Shown: positions 37,316 to 47,321 of the stretch, in pieces
Layout: every line of letters begins with the position of its first letter
How positions within the stretch are numbered: position 1 is the first letter of the stretch
From: a virus
DNA length: 64,000 nucleotides
Virus record (IMG/VR): IMGVR_UViG_3300043395_004142
Strand: one strand, 5' to 3'
Made by a program: the position numbers and the translations under genes
The notes under the pieces: model-generated
Told to the model about the DNA's origin: nothing
The model's input: only the letters and a program-made list of their open reading frames with translations
Database searches by the model: none

Positions 37316-38338
37316 CTAACAGCTTGCCATCTTAGACTCGCGCTTCTTCGCGATGATCTCCGCGGCGTTACTGAAATCCGCCGGGTACTTCCACTTCTTC
37401 CAGTCCGGGAAGCCTGCGTCGGCGTCGAAGCCGCTGAGTACCGTCAACACTTCATCAACACTCTTCTTGATCTGGTCCCCGTACCGCTGAAGTTCGTTGA
37501 GCCGTAGCTCGCCGAAATCCTCGTCGAATTGCGTGATGATGCTGTGGCAACGGCTGTAGATGTCGTCCCAAGCCAGGGGCACTTCCTCACTCGTCACGAT
37601 GAGAGACATGAGCTTACCCGACTCGGTGCGAAGCGCCTTGAAATCGGAGACAAACTTCGTGGTCTCCGAATAGAGGGTAAAGATCGCGTCGAATGTGACA
37701 TCTTCGGACGCTCCGAGCCCAACGAGGCCGGCGCTGACGTAGGCGTGCTTTCGCTTCAAGGCGGTGAACTTGCTCCCCATGCGAAGTGCCTTACTGGAAA
37801 GGCTATGCACGAGGTCAAAGGCCGTTTTCCAATCCTTGTGCGCTTTCTCAGGAGCCTCCGTGTCCTGGATAAGGTCCAAGGCATCGGCAAGGTCATCCGT
37901 CAGGAACTCCTTGAGTTCCCGCTTCCACTTAGGGTTGATCTCTACCGAGGAGAGAGCCCTGTGGAAGGCGTCTAGAACCTTGTTGGACTCGACCTTGATG
38001 GTTGCAAGGCCACGTTGAATCTTCCGCTCGGCTTCCTGCCGAGCCTTAGCTACGGGATCCTCTTCCTCGTAGCGCTTGGTGAGGTCTCGCGTGCGTTTAC
38101 CGTCGAGTATCTCTTTGGCAACGTTTAGCTCGACCATCTTCCGAGGGTCACCACCGCGGTCTGGGTGGAACTGAATCGCTCGGTTCTTGTACGCCTTGGC
38201 TATCTCACCGGGGGATGGAGAGTAGTCTGGAGGGAACCCCAGGACTTCCTTTGCGTCGTCCATGTTCATGGACATGAACAAACGGGTGTGAAGCGCGGCA
38301 GTGCGACGATCGTAGTCCATCAGGTTGAACCTCTTCAC
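37316..38338 (-). CDS. J-domain (DnaJ-like) protein
   Basis: KAYKNRAIQFHPDRGGDPRKMVELNVAKEIL contains the canonical HPD motif. The rest of the protein has no recognisable family. Confidence 0.65.
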   Translation of the reverse strand: MKRFNLMDYDRRTAALHTRLFMSMNMDDAKEVLGFPPDYSPSPGEIAKAYKNRAIQFHPDRGGDPRKMVELNVAKEILDGKRTRDLTKRYEEEDPVAKARQEAERKIQRGLATIKVESNKVLDAFHRALSSVEINPKWKRELKEFLTDDLADALDLIQDTEAPEKAHKDWKTAFDLVHSLSSKALRMGSKFTALKRKHAYVSAGLVGLGASEDVTFDAIFTLYSETTKFVSDFKALRTESGKLMSLIVTSEEVPLAWDDIYSRCHSIITQFDEDFGELRLNELQRYGDQIKKSVDEVLTVLSGFDADAGFPDWKKWKYPADFSNAAEIIAKKRESKMASC

Positions 38339-38537
38339 TGGAGGTCCGATAAAAAAAGATTGCGCCCCCTACATGAGTCGAATGTGCGGCCAACGGACTA
38401 AAATCACGCATGGGCTTTGCCCGACAGTACGTTTAGCACCCCCACTTACTGGGCATACGTGACTTCCAGACAAAGCCCAAAATGGTAACAGCCCCTGCTC
38501 TACCCACTAGGGTCGGCAGGGGCTTGCTTAGGTTCGG

Positions 38538-39494
38538 TCAGGGCTTACCGATGATATAGGTGGTCTCCATCTCACCGTTTGGAAGAACCTTGAACCGGAT
38601 CTTCTCACGGTCCCCGTTGGTCGTACTGCCGTCGTTAAGCCAAACGTGGAACTCGCGTCCTGGCTTCAAGTGGACAGCCCATACCCAAAGCGCGCCGGTG
38701 ACCTTCCGGCCTTCCCAGAGGACGTCGCCATCCTCTCCGAAATTCTTGTTCGCGCTGACGGCACGCCCGTCTTCATGCACGAGAATGTTGTCCCCCGAGC
38801 GCGGGATGACACTCTTCTCCCCCATCACCTTGCCACTAATGTTGTACTCATGGTCGTCCCCCTCACGTGTAAAGCGCGACGAAATGAAGAATCCGATGTT
38901 AGAAAACCCTGGAAGCTTCCTGACCATGAGGCGCGGCTTGCCGTTCGGGTAAAACGGAGAAAGCGCGCGATCCCTTACTGTCTGTAGAGCGATCTGGAGC
39001 TTCGAGGGTTCTGGCGGGGTAGCTACCTCTGGTTGAGCGAGGATATCATCCGCCCAATCGTCGCTTACAAGAGCAATCCCATTCGTAGGCCCTGCGGCAG
39101 TGACAGTAGATACGAGAGGTGGACTGGAATCCACTCCCGCAAGTAGTTCATCGAAGTCCAACGACTCAGATTCTGACGCTTCGGAAGCTAAAGAAACAGC
39201 GGATACTTCTTCCACGGGAGGTGGAGGAAGCGATGAGACCATCATCTGATTAGCAGGTTCAGGACCCCACGTTGCGATGGCAAGTTTCCTCGCCTCTTCA
39301 AGGGCTTCCCTCTTGAGTTTGAGCAACCGCGGAGAGCCCCTATGCAGCTTTTCGAGCATGTGGACGTAAGCCCATCCGCCCGTTCTGACCCCCGCTTGTG
39401 CGGAACACCCATACAACTCATGCCTAGGACCTATCGGCCTCTCCGTACCAGACTCCATGCGAGCCTCCCAGGAAACCATGCGTTCACTGCGCAC
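38538..39494 (-). CDS. hypothetical protein
   Basis: 318 aa. Followed on the minus strand by the hairpin gcccctgc...gcaggggc. Confidence 0.5.
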   Translation of the reverse strand: MRSERMVSWEARMESGTERPIGPRHELYGCSAQAGVRTGGWAYVHMLEKLHRGSPRLLKLKREALEEARKLAIATWGPEPANQMMVSSLPPPPVEEVSAVSLASEASESESLDFDELLAGVDSSPPLVSTVTAAGPTNGIALVSDDWADDILAQPEVATPPEPSKLQIALQTVRDRALSPFYPNGKPRLMVRKLPGFSNIGFFISSRFTREGDDHEYNISGKVMGEKSVIPRSGDNILVHEDGRAVSANKNFGEDGDVLWEGRKVTGALWVWAVHLKPGREFHVWLNDGSTTNGDREKIRFKVLPNGEMETTYIIGKP

Positions 39495-39592
39495 TAAACG
39501 AGACCCGACTCCATTCGGTACTCGCTGAGTCCGGAAAGCTCTACCACCTATTCGCTGAACAACACCAGATCAAAATACAGAGGCTAGATTTA

Positions 39593-39802
39593 CTAAGGAA
39601 GGGGGTCCTTGCCCGTCTTCTTCCTCAGTTGAACGAAGCGACGGAAGCGTTCCTCGGCGAGCTTTTTGAAGTAGAAGAACTTTGGATGGTTCCGAAGCTC
39701 ACAATCAGTTGGCGCGCGGCACGCGCACTCACCTTTTCCGCTCCCACCAAAGCAGGTGAGTTTGCAGTAGAGTAGGAACGTTGTCTTCTCGCCCGTGCTC
39801 AC
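39593..39802 (-). CDS. hypothetical Cys-rich small protein
   Basis: 69 aa with CKLTCFGGSGKGECAC. Confidence 0.4.
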   Translation of the reverse strand: MSTGEKTTFLLYCKLTCFGGSGKGECACRAPTDCELRNHPKFFYFKKLAEERFRRFVQLRKKTGKDPLP

Positions 39803-39932
39803 GGAAACCTAATCTTAGACAGCTTTTACTGATTTACCTACTATAAACTCTTCATCATCGAGCGGGACTGACGGTTTTCCCCTGAATACCGCCACCAGTC
39901 CAGGGATCTAGGGGTCTAAGGCTAGACCGACC

Positions 39933-41951
39933 GTGCCCATCTCCACACCCCTTAGGATGGCACGGTACGCCGAGACTTATGCGACCTATGTAGGCATGAG
40001 CACAGCTTTTCGTGTCGCGCACCGGTATCTGGCCGCCGCAAAGTATGACCACATTGACTTCAAACCACCGAAAAGCGTTGCCGAAACAGCGGCAAAAGGC
40101 TTGGAGTACCGCAAGAAGCAGACTGACAAAGCCGGTCTAACCCCCTCGGAAGCCTCGAAAGAGGGCATTGGTTCTGGGGTGCAACGGGCGGTGAATCTGA
40201 AAAACCGGGACAATGTGAGCCCCGAAGTTATCCGTCAAATGAGTGCCTTCTTTGCAAGGCACGAAAAGAACAAGAGCATCTCCCCCGAGCATCGCAATGA
40301 GCCGTGGAAAGACAAAGGCTACGTGGCTTGGTGCCTTAAGGGGGATACGGACGTTCTCTTGGCCGATGGAACTTGGCTACCTATCTCCAAGATCGTTGAG
40401 GACAAGCTGAGTGTGAGGGTCTGGTCCTACAATGAGGCGACCAAGACCTTTGAACCGAAAAAAGTGGTCGGATGGAGTGTTGCCCCCGCAAGCCTTGAGG
40501 ACTTCTACATCGTCGGGAAGCACAAGACAATGCGGCAAGGTATCAGTGATCGCACTTTTCTGGCCGCTACCGCCGAACACCCATTTTACGTAGAGGGGGA
40601 ATGGGTTGAGGCTAAGGACATGAAAGGGCGTGTTCTTAGCATCGTAGATCGGGGCCTGGACCCGATCTCGGAACAAGTCCTTCTCGGTACCCTTCTTGGA
40701 GATGCTTACATTTGGAAGTCTAGTGACAGTGCGGGCACGCTTCGCATGGCCCACGGGTCTGACCAACGAGAATACCTGCATGAAAAAACTCGCCTACTAC
40801 ACCCGTTAGTCTGTAGTCAGTTTGACACTCCTAACGAGAGTGGTTTTGGGCGAATGGGATTGGTAAAGTGCTGCACTTATACGGCAAGCACGCTCTACCT
40901 AAGTTACATCCGTGATCGTTTCTACGACGAGGAGGGTGTCAAGAGAGTTACCCCCACACTATTGAGGTCACTTGAAGACGTTGGAGTAGCCTTTTGGCTC
41001 ATGGATGATGGGAAACTCAAATTCTCGGAGAGAGACGGCCACTCCTCATGGATTCTGCATACCGAAGGGTTCGATGAAGAAAGTGTCGAAAACATCGTAC
41101 AATTTCTGAGGGGCCGTTATGAAATAGATGCTCGCGCCCAAAGGCGGGAGAACACGGACGGATCCACCGTATACTTTACCGTAGAAGGTACTCGGAAGAT
41201 GATGGCTCGGCTAGCACCCTTCTTCCACCCCTCTATGCGCTACAAGCTACTACCCGAATACCATGACGTTCCTTACGTATTAGCGGATCATTCCCCAAAA
41301 AGCGAGTTGGTGCTGTGTCCCCAACCTGTGACTCGGTTTGGGAAAGCTACGGATGAATACACAAGCAAGGCCGCTCGGAAGCCGTATAAATGGGAGTGGC
41401 GGTATAACCTTGAAGTGGAAGGCAACCACAACTTCATCGCCAATGGGGTGCTGGTTCACAACTGCCTTTGGGGCGGAGACCCTGGCAAAGCCTGGGCGGA
41501 CAAGATCAAAAAGCAGATGGAGGCCGCCGACCAAAAGACCGCGTCCCTTGGTGCAGGGGCCCTCACCCATGAATTGATGAACGATCTGGCTTCCGCCTAC
41601 CGGGGCAAGCGTATGCGCGATGCTATCCGTGACATGGAGCTTGCCGAGGTGCCCCAGGTAATGGCCGAAGAAGTCTACCGCAAGGTAGGGCAACACGCCG
41701 ATGAGGTTCGCGGTAACCTCCACCGTCTTCTCTCAGGCGTGCGAGTCGAATTCGAAGGAGGAGACCGGCCTGGCTGGGTCTGCTCCGACGAAACCGGCAC
41801 CATCTTCGTCCCGGCAGACGGAAGCCCTCCTCCACACGGAGGCTCGATCGCTCTTCGATCTGTAGCGGGCGCTATGCACGAATGGTGCAAAACCGATGTC
41901 CTGAGATATGGTGGTGCGAATCTCACAAAGATGATGAAGTCCACGGAGTAA
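39933..41951 (+). CDS. hypothetical protein interrupted by a LAGLIDADG intein
   Basis: Exteins total about 295 aa (res 1-133 and 511-672). Predicted spliced junction: ...KDKGYVAW|CLWGGDPGKAWADKI. Confidence 0.6.
   Translation: MPISTPLRMARYAETYATYVGMSTAFRVAHRYLAAAKYDHIDFKPPKSVAETAAKGLEYRKKQTDKAGLTPSEASKEGIGSGVQRAVNLKNRDNVSPEVIRQMSAFFARHEKNKSISPEHRNEPWKDKGYVAWCLKGDTDVLLADGTWLPISKIVEDKLSVRVWSYNEATKTFEPKKVVGWSVAPASLEDFYIVGKHKTMRQGISDRTFLAATAEHPFYVEGEWVEAKDMKGRVLSIVDRGLDPISEQVLLGTLLGDAYIWKSSDSAGTLRMAHGSDQREYLHEKTRLLHPLVCSQFDTPNESGFGRMGLVKCCTYTASTLYLSYIRDRFYDEEGVKRVTPTLLRSLEDVGVAFWLMDDGKLKFSERDGHSSWILHTEGFDEESVENIVQFLRGRYEIDARAQRRENTDGSTVYFTVEGTRKMMARLAPFFHPSMRYKLLPEYHDVPYVLADHSPKSELVLCPQPVTRFGKATDEYTSKAARKPYKWEWRYNLEVEGNHNFIANGVLVHNCLWGGDPGKAWADKIKKQMEAADQKTASLGAGALTHELMNDLASAYRGKRMRDAIRDMELAEVPQVMAEEVYRKVGQHADEVRGNLHRLLSGVRVEFEGGDRPGWVCSDETGTIFVPADGSPPPHGGSIALRSVAGAMHEWCKTDVLRYGGANLTKMMKSTE
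40332..41462 (+). mobile_element. intein (377 aa) with LAGLIDADG homing-endonuclease domain
   Basis: Block A CLKGDTDVLLADGTWLPISKIV. LAGLIDADG-like LLGTLLGDAYI and AFWLMDDGKL. C-terminal EVEGNHNFIANGVLVHN followed by +1 Cys. Confidence 0.8.
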
Positions 41952-42393
41952 TCATTTGCTTAGGGGAAGCCCGCAACCCCACACGGAGCACTACGGATCC
42001 GATCCGCGCGCTGAAGGTGGGCGCGCGCCGGTGTGCCCACACTCGATCAGACCCAATTTCGTGCACGGATAGATGCACGTCACCAAGCTCACCGTGCGGG
42101 CAGCCGACGGAATAACTCCTGGTAAAGCGATAGGCGTGCTTCTCCGGGTAAGGGATCTCGACGAGATCATCGCTCTCGTCGTCCTCGACGGTCATGGCGA
42201 AGGGAAACACCTCACTCCAGACAGTAATGCCGTGAACCGTGCGGACGAACAAATCCCCGACCTTGATCTCGAAAGCCCACTCTGGGATGCGCTCGAACGC
42301 AACCTTTTGGGCTCCCGCCTCGGCAGCGAAAAAGTCGTCGATGTCGATAAAGTCCATGACCATGACTCCTTCTTGCCCTAAATTTACGATCAT
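41923..42393 (-). CDS. hypothetical acidic protein
   Basis: The N-terminal half is protein-like (MVMDFIDIDDFFAAE...). The 3' end overlaps the previous gene, so its extent is uncertain. Confidence 0.3.
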   Translation of the reverse strand: MIVNLGQEGVMVMDFIDIDDFFAAEAGAQKVAFERIPEWAFEIKVGDLFVRTVHGITVWSEVFPFAMTVEDDESDDLVEIPYPEKHAYRFTRSYSVGCPHGELGDVHLSVHEIGSDRVWAHRRAPTFSARIGSVVLRVGLRASPKQMITPWTSSSL

Positions 42394-42453
42394 ACCCCCG
42401 AGGGGATCCCAACCTAGACTTGTCGTTTTATCCTACATCAGGAACCTTGAGAG

Positions 42454-43071
42454 TCACCCTTGGCTCGACCCCCAGGATGAAACCTCGCGAAAGTCGTCGC
42501 CGTGGATCTCGACAGCCCGCGGCTCAAAATTGAGCCGAAGTGTCACGTCCTGGTAAAGATCCTTGTACCCTGTCCAATGTGACAGGAATGCGATGAACTG
42601 GTGCTCGACCAGGGTGAAGGCGAACGGGCGCTTAAGGCACTTCAGCTCGTCAAGGCGACGCCTGTACGGTTTGGGGATGCGGAGGGTATGCTTCTCCGAG
42701 GATCGCGAGGGGACCCTCCAGAGGAACATCGAAAGAGCGCCCTTCTCAATGGCGTAACTCACTTGGAAGACCTCGCCACTCTTGCGATCAATCGCAATGG
42801 GGGTGGGTCGCCCTTTTCGCCCATCGTCAAAAAGGTGACTGCGTAAATCACTGGGAAGAATTGTATCACCACTGACTTCGTAGAGAACAATCAGGTCATG
42901 GTCTCTCGTCTTAAGGTCAAAGTTTGGCAGCTTGGACTTACCAGGGATCCGCACTCGCACACGATACGACGCGTAATGGTTATCCGTATCGTAAACGCGG
43001 CAGATGGTCTTTCCTTGGGCCTTAGTGGACGTAATCAGTTTGGGCTTCGACATTGGAACCACCTCGGCCAC
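42454..43071 (-). CDS. hypothetical protein
   Basis: 205 aa, non-biased. Confidence 0.5.
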   Translation of the reverse strand: MAEVVPMSKPKLITSTKAQGKTICRVYDTDNHYASYRVRVRIPGKSKLPNFDLKTRDHDLIVLYEVSGDTILPSDLRSHLFDDGRKGRPTPIAIDRKSGEVFQVSYAIEKGALSMFLWRVPSRSSEKHTLRIPKPYRRRLDELKCLKRPFAFTLVEHQFIAFLSHWTGYKDLYQDVTLRLNFEPRAVEIHGDDFREVSSWGSSQG

Positions 43072-43415
43072 TACCTACGCCGGTCAAGGGGTCCGATCCC
43101 AAGGGGATTCATCAAGGCGGCCCTCTCCAAGGGGTTCCCACGACAAAGAAGGTCTTGCAGTCAGTATCCGAACTAACCTGACATCTCACGACTGGCCAAG
43201 ACGTGGTTTTAACGGCATTTGACCCCGAACTAGGGGCCGCGCACCTAAGAACCAGAAAGCCGAAGGCGAGAGTTAGGGTTCGAAAATCTAACGGAAAGGC
43301 TTGCAAGGGGTTCTTTTTTCGGTCACGACTAGGATCAGTGAGGGTTCGAATCGTAGGATCAAGGAGAACCCCGGGTTACCGGGATCCTGAACCCCGCAAA
43401 GGATGGAGATAAACC

Positions 43416-44075
43416 ATGACGACCGAAACGACTGAAACGACCGCAACGGAGGCCCCGAAGAAGACGACTACGAAGAAGGCGACTTCCAAGAAGGCGACTT
43501 CCAAGAGGCGAGCGAAAGCGGCCCCCATCAATAAGGCTGCCTTCGTCCGAAAGTTCGACGAGGAGGTGCCTGCGAAGAAGATCGTCGAAGCCGCTGCAAA
43601 GAAAGGTGTCGAGATTACCGACACCTACGTGTACGCAGTGCGAGCGTACATGCGGGCCAAATCCAAGAAGGTTTCAGCCAAGAAGGTCTCGACCAAGAAT
43701 GCTTCGGCCAAAAAGGTCTCGACCAAGAATGCTTCGAGGGCCCGCGGGCCGCGGGGCCCTCGTGCTGGATCGAAGAGGGCCTTCGTCCTCGGGCTTCCCA
43801 AGGATATGTCCGCAAAGGATGTCATCGAGACCGCCGCGACGAAGGGGATCCAGTTGACAGCCGCATACGTCTACGCGATCCGGTCGGCTGCGAAGGGCCA
43901 GTCCGGTCCCAAGGCCCCCGCAGCGGCTCCTCCGGCCCCAACTTCCGACATCACCCTCAGCGGCAACGCTGCGGCTCGGGAACTGGCCAAACGAGCGGTT
44001 GCCCAGTTTGGGGGATTCGAAGGAGCCGCGGAGATCCTCTCGGAAGCCCAGGCGATGATCGCCCCTTTCGTCTAG
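43416..44075 (+). CDS. Lys/Ala-rich histone-H1-like DNA-binding protein with two internal repeats
   Basis: KKATSKKATSKRRAKAA and KKVSTKNAS x2 low-complexity basic tracts. A ~45-aa duplicated domain: AFVRKF...ITDTYVYAVRAY and AFVLGL...LTAAYVYAIRSA. Confidence 0.55.
   Translation: MTTETTETTATEAPKKTTTKKATSKKATSKRRAKAAPINKAAFVRKFDEEVPAKKIVEAAAKKGVEITDTYVYAVRAYMRAKSKKVSAKKVSTKNASAKKVSTKNASRARGPRGPRAGSKRAFVLGLPKDMSAKDVIETAATKGIQLTAAYVYAIRSAAKGQSGPKAPAAAPPAPTSDITLSGNAAARELAKRAVAQFGGFEGAAEILSEAQAMIAPFV
43666..43740 (+). repeat. 30-nt tandem repeat x2.5 inside a CDS
   Basis: agaaggtctcgaccaagaatgcttcggcca is repeated with minor changes. It encodes KKVSTKNASA. Confidence 0.75.
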
Positions 44076-44159
44076 AACTGAACGAACGTACCGGTCTTTC
44101 GCACGATCTGTTAAGAGTCCTCCACCGGGATAGCCCGGCGGTGTAATAGATGACCACCG

Positions 44160-44588
44160 ATGGATCGTGCAAAGGCTCTGGAACGCGTTCACGCGCTTAT
44201 ACAACGCACCCGATCAGGGACCGAGGAAGAATCGCGCACATGCGCCGTCATCGCAGTGCGCTTAATCAATGAGCACAAGCTGCTCATTGAGAACCTTGAG
44301 CCTGATCGCAAGAAGCTACACCAGATGGCCAACAAGGCTATCGGCCTCTGGTTGGCCACGCTTTGGGAGAACCGGCGTAAGCGCGGGGACTTCGTTCCGG
44401 TCCGACTTGCGCTCGATCTCCTTCAGCCACCGCCCGACCCGTCGCTGCGCAAAGACCTCCACATCCTTATCCGACGGCGAGCATCCGCTCTTCGGGTGGA
44501 GGGCTTTCTCATTGCGCAAAAAGGGAAGACCGGGGGTTTCAAGCTTGCGCCGGGGATTGCCCGCCGAAGGTGGAGGGCCGCCGCTTGA
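44160..44588 (+). CDS. hypothetical protein
   Basis: 142 aa. Confidence 0.45.
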   Translation: MDRAKALERVHALIQRTRSGTEEESRTCAVIAVRLINEHKLLIENLEPDRKKLHQMANKAIGLWLATLWENRRKRGDFVPVRLALDLLQPPPDPSLRKDLHILIRRRASALRVEGFLIAQKGKTGGFKLAPGIARRRWRAAA

Positions 44589-44633
44589 AACTTTTTGCGT
44601 TTTTAGCGGACCTCATGCCATAGTGAGGGAGCT

Positions 44634-45098
44634 ATGCCCCTGATGATGCGTAAGCGGGATCTTGTGCTCTACCTGCGAGCCCAAGGATGGACCCTGAAGG
44701 ACATCATGGAAGGGTACCCAGGTACCATCGGGTTACCTTGGTGGATCCAATGGCAGGAACTAAACCGAAAGGGATTTACCACCGAGGAGTATGCGGAATT
44801 TGTGGGTAAGTCCACGGAAGACGCTATCCTGGACCTCATTAAGTTGGAGGCCCGTGGGATGGTGACCTACCACGTGGCAGGCCCGCAGAAGAGAAACCGG
44901 CAGCCCCCTCTTTGGTACCGCAACCCGCAGCTACCCCTTGATGAAAATGGCAATCCGCCCGTGATGAAGCCAAAGATTGCAAAGGGGCGAGCCAACGCAG
45001 GCGGTTGCACGCGGAACCGACTCCCCAAGATCAAGATCAACACTAAAGCGGCAAAGACTCTTCGGGGGAGGATGTCTGGGCCCTTCGCCTTTAAGTGA
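44634..45098 (+). CDS. hypothetical protein
   Basis: 154 aa. Confidence 0.5.
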   Translation: MPLMMRKRDLVLYLRAQGWTLKDIMEGYPGTIGLPWWIQWQELNRKGFTTEEYAEFVGKSTEDAILDLIKLEARGMVTYHVAGPQKRNRQPPLWYRNPQLPLDENGNPPVMKPKIAKGRANAGGCTRNRLPKIKINTKAAKTLRGRMSGPFAFK

Positions 45099-45377
45099 TG
45101 TAGAAAACACCTGCCATCGGCCCGATCTCGGGCCGCGATGACGAAGAGTTGGCTCACCCATCGAGGAGATAGTCTCGGACGTGGTTGCGAGCCCCCGCGC
45201 GAGGCACACGACGATCCTTCATACGCCCGCTCTTATGGCGCTTTTGCATAGCGACCACAAGTCCAGAACGGGGCGTTAGCAGAGGAATTTTAATCGTAAT
45301 CTTCATGACGAGCCTATCGCAGAGTATAGTACGAACGCGAGGTCTGTCGATCCCCTTCAGGCAAATCCCCAGCCTCG

Positions 45378-45776
45378 GTGTACTCCGATCCCATGGAGCA
45401 AAAGGCCGACCTCCGGTTCCTTGGAGATCACGCGGTGTACCCCGGGCACGCCATTACGATCGCGTACCTTATCGCGATGACGTTCAAGAACCTGGAAGAA
45501 GCCGAAGCTACTACCCCTGCGGGGTACCCCGCAGGGGTAGCGGATAGCCGCATTCCCGGGGCCGGAGGGAACATATACAGCGGACTCCTACTCCTTCGGC
45601 ATCTCCGAGATGGGCTGCCCTACGACCTTGTTCTGTCGAACGCTGACCGAGAATGGCTCGACGAGACGGCCACTGTCTACGCGAAGTGCCGGAAGGAGGG
45701 GCAACGTCAGGCGGACGCTCTCAAGCACCGGTTCGCCGAGGATGTCTTGCCCTGGTTGACGCAGCACGCGGCGTGA
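45378..45776 (+). CDS. hypothetical protein
   Basis: 132 aa. Confidence 0.45.
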   Translation: MYSDPMEQKADLRFLGDHAVYPGHAITIAYLIAMTFKNLEEAEATTPAGYPAGVADSRIPGAGGNIYSGLLLLRHLRDGLPYDLVLSNADREWLDETATVYAKCRKEGQRQADALKHRFAEDVLPWLTQHAA

Positions 45777-46368
45777 GCTTTTGCCGGAGCTTCTTCCCCT
45801 CCGCCTCTGTGCTCGCGAGGATGGCGTGCAGCCCCGCAAGGCTCTCCGCAAGAACACCGTGAGCTTCGCCCCACTTGAGTACCTTCGACATTTCGCGCCA
45901 AAGGACCCTGTACCGGGCTAAGGCAGCACGGGCCACCCACATGTGGAACGTCCGCTCATGCTCCTTCGACGGAACCCGCCCCCGGCAATCGCACCGAAAG
46001 CAACCCCCGGGCACCCCCAAATGAAGGATGTGGAGATACTTTGTAACCCCTGTACCCCCACACCGAGAGCACGTCAAGGTCTCGCCAAAAGAGGGGGCCT
46101 CATCCATGACGGCCATGTGGGCCTTTGAAGCGGCCTCAAAAGCGGCCTGTTCCATGCGAAGAAGCTCATGGGTCGCGAGGAGGGCGTCTTTCGTGCGGCT
46201 CATACCAGAGCCTACGATCAGACCCACGGGTGATCCGATACTATTACCGGCCGCCCCCAAATAAGCCTTTCGAGCAGAACCCAACGAGCCCACACAGTAG
46301 CCGGAAAAAGCTCCAATACTTGAGTTAAGCATGAGGCAGCATTCATGTGACGATAACGCCGTGCACAC
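45721..46368 (-). CDS. hypothetical zinc-finger protein (CSRCGGTG...CFRCDCRG)
   Basis: Protein-like from about MSRTKDALL. Start uncertain. Convergent 56-nt overlap with 45378..45776. Confidence 0.4.
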   Translation of the reverse strand: MCTALSSHECCLMLNSSIGAFSGYCVGSLGSARKAYLGAAGNSIGSPVGLIVGSGMSRTKDALLATHELLRMEQAAFEAASKAHMAVMDEAPSFGETLTCSRCGGTGVTKYLHILHLGVPGGCFRCDCRGRVPSKEHERTFHMWVARAALARYRVLWREMSKVLKWGEAHGVLAESLAGLHAILASTEAEGKKLRQKLTPRAASTRARHPRRTGA

Positions 46369-46561
46369 ATGTACAGCGCAGGGCCATCACATTGTGTGGT
46401 GCTCTATCTGCTCAAACCTCAACGGGTACACTGTATGCAATCACGTGAATCCGGTACCGGAGACCGACGAACCTGTCTCCGGGGGTCGTCTCCAACGGTT
46501 CGTTGATCTCGATCCCTCACAACCGCGAAAGAAACGGCGCGTCGTCAACAGGACAACCTAG
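46331..46561 (+). CDS. hypothetical Cys/His-rich small protein
   Basis: 76 aa. Followed by a hairpin with a 9-bp stem. Confidence 0.35.
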   Translation: MRQHSCDDNAVHTCTAQGHHIVWCSICSNLNGYTVCNHVNPVPETDEPVSGGRLQRFVDLDPSQPRKKRRVVNRTT

Positions 46562-46571
46562 ACGGATTTGT

Positions 46572-46599
46572 CCGAGGCTCTCTTCGAGTCGAGCCTCGG
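46572..46599 (+). terminator. hairpin ccgaggctc-N10-gagcctcgg after ORF 46331..46561
   Basis: Perfect 9-bp inverted repeat read from the sequence. No strong T tract follows. Confidence 0.3.
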
Positions 46600-46749
46600 C
46601 GTGCTAAGTCATTGGGGTCTGCCCTATAAGGCTAATGTACCACAACTTGACCCTGGCTGCTGACAGAACCCACAAATCCGACTTTTGGCAAACCGTCATG
46701 GGGATCACCCGAAAGCCCGTTCGTAGACATCCAAACGAAAGGGCCCACC

Positions 46750-46998
46750 ATGAATCTCTCACGACAGATCGCCTATGAACTACGGCAAACAGGCGTCATA
46801 ACCCTCACACGGACATGCCCCCTTCAACAGACCGTAACGTATGTTAAAATCACCTTCGAGGGCGGTCGGTTCGACGTAAGCATGGTGACGTTCCGTCTCG
46901 ATGGGGTCCTCTGCGGCATAAGGGCGGGCGCCGCGGGTTGGAAGTCCATCCTCCGGGCCATCAAGGGTTATGCGCGCGAGCGTCGGGAGATTAACTGA
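46750..46998 (+). CDS. hypothetical protein
   Basis: 82 aa. Confidence 0.4.
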   Translation: MNLSRQIAYELRQTGVITLTRTCPLQQTVTYVKITFEGGRFDVSMVTFRLDGVLCGIRAGAAGWKSILRAIKGYARERREIN

Positions 46999-47015
46999 CA
47001 TAAGGTCCCACGAGT

Positions 47016-47321
47016 TCAGGTACCTAGGGCGCCAAGACATTTCGCATGACAAGAGCGATGAAATACGGCTTCCGTCCGAGGGTCGTTGGGCACGCCCGCG
47101 AAAGGCATAACGACCCCCTGATCGCCATCAACAATGAGGTTGCCGCATCCAAAACACTCAAATCCGATAGGGGTAGGAACGGGATCGAACGTGCAGAGAG
47201 GCGAGTCCCATCGTTCACCGAACCACTTCATGGTCGAATCCTGGACCGAATAAACTCGACCCCCAAGCCGACAGCCGCGAGGCTGGCCACAACACCGAGG
47301 CCCCAGAACAACCAGAGGCAC
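47016..47321 (-). CDS. hypothetical Cys-containing protein
   Basis: Protein-like from MKWFGERWDSPLCTF. The upstream part is doubtful. Confidence 0.3.
   Translation of the reverse strand: MPLVVLGPRCCGQPRGCRLGGRVYSVQDSTMKWFGERWDSPLCTFDPVPTPIGFECFGCGNLIVDGDQGVVMPFAGVPNDPRTEAVFHRSCHAKCLGALGT

Noticed and set aside
43261-43365. Possible tRNA suggested by two GGGTTCGAA (T-loop-like) motifs
   Set aside because: No flanking sequence forms a T-stem, an acceptor stem or the other cloverleaf arms on either strand. I treat them as repeated regulatory motifs.
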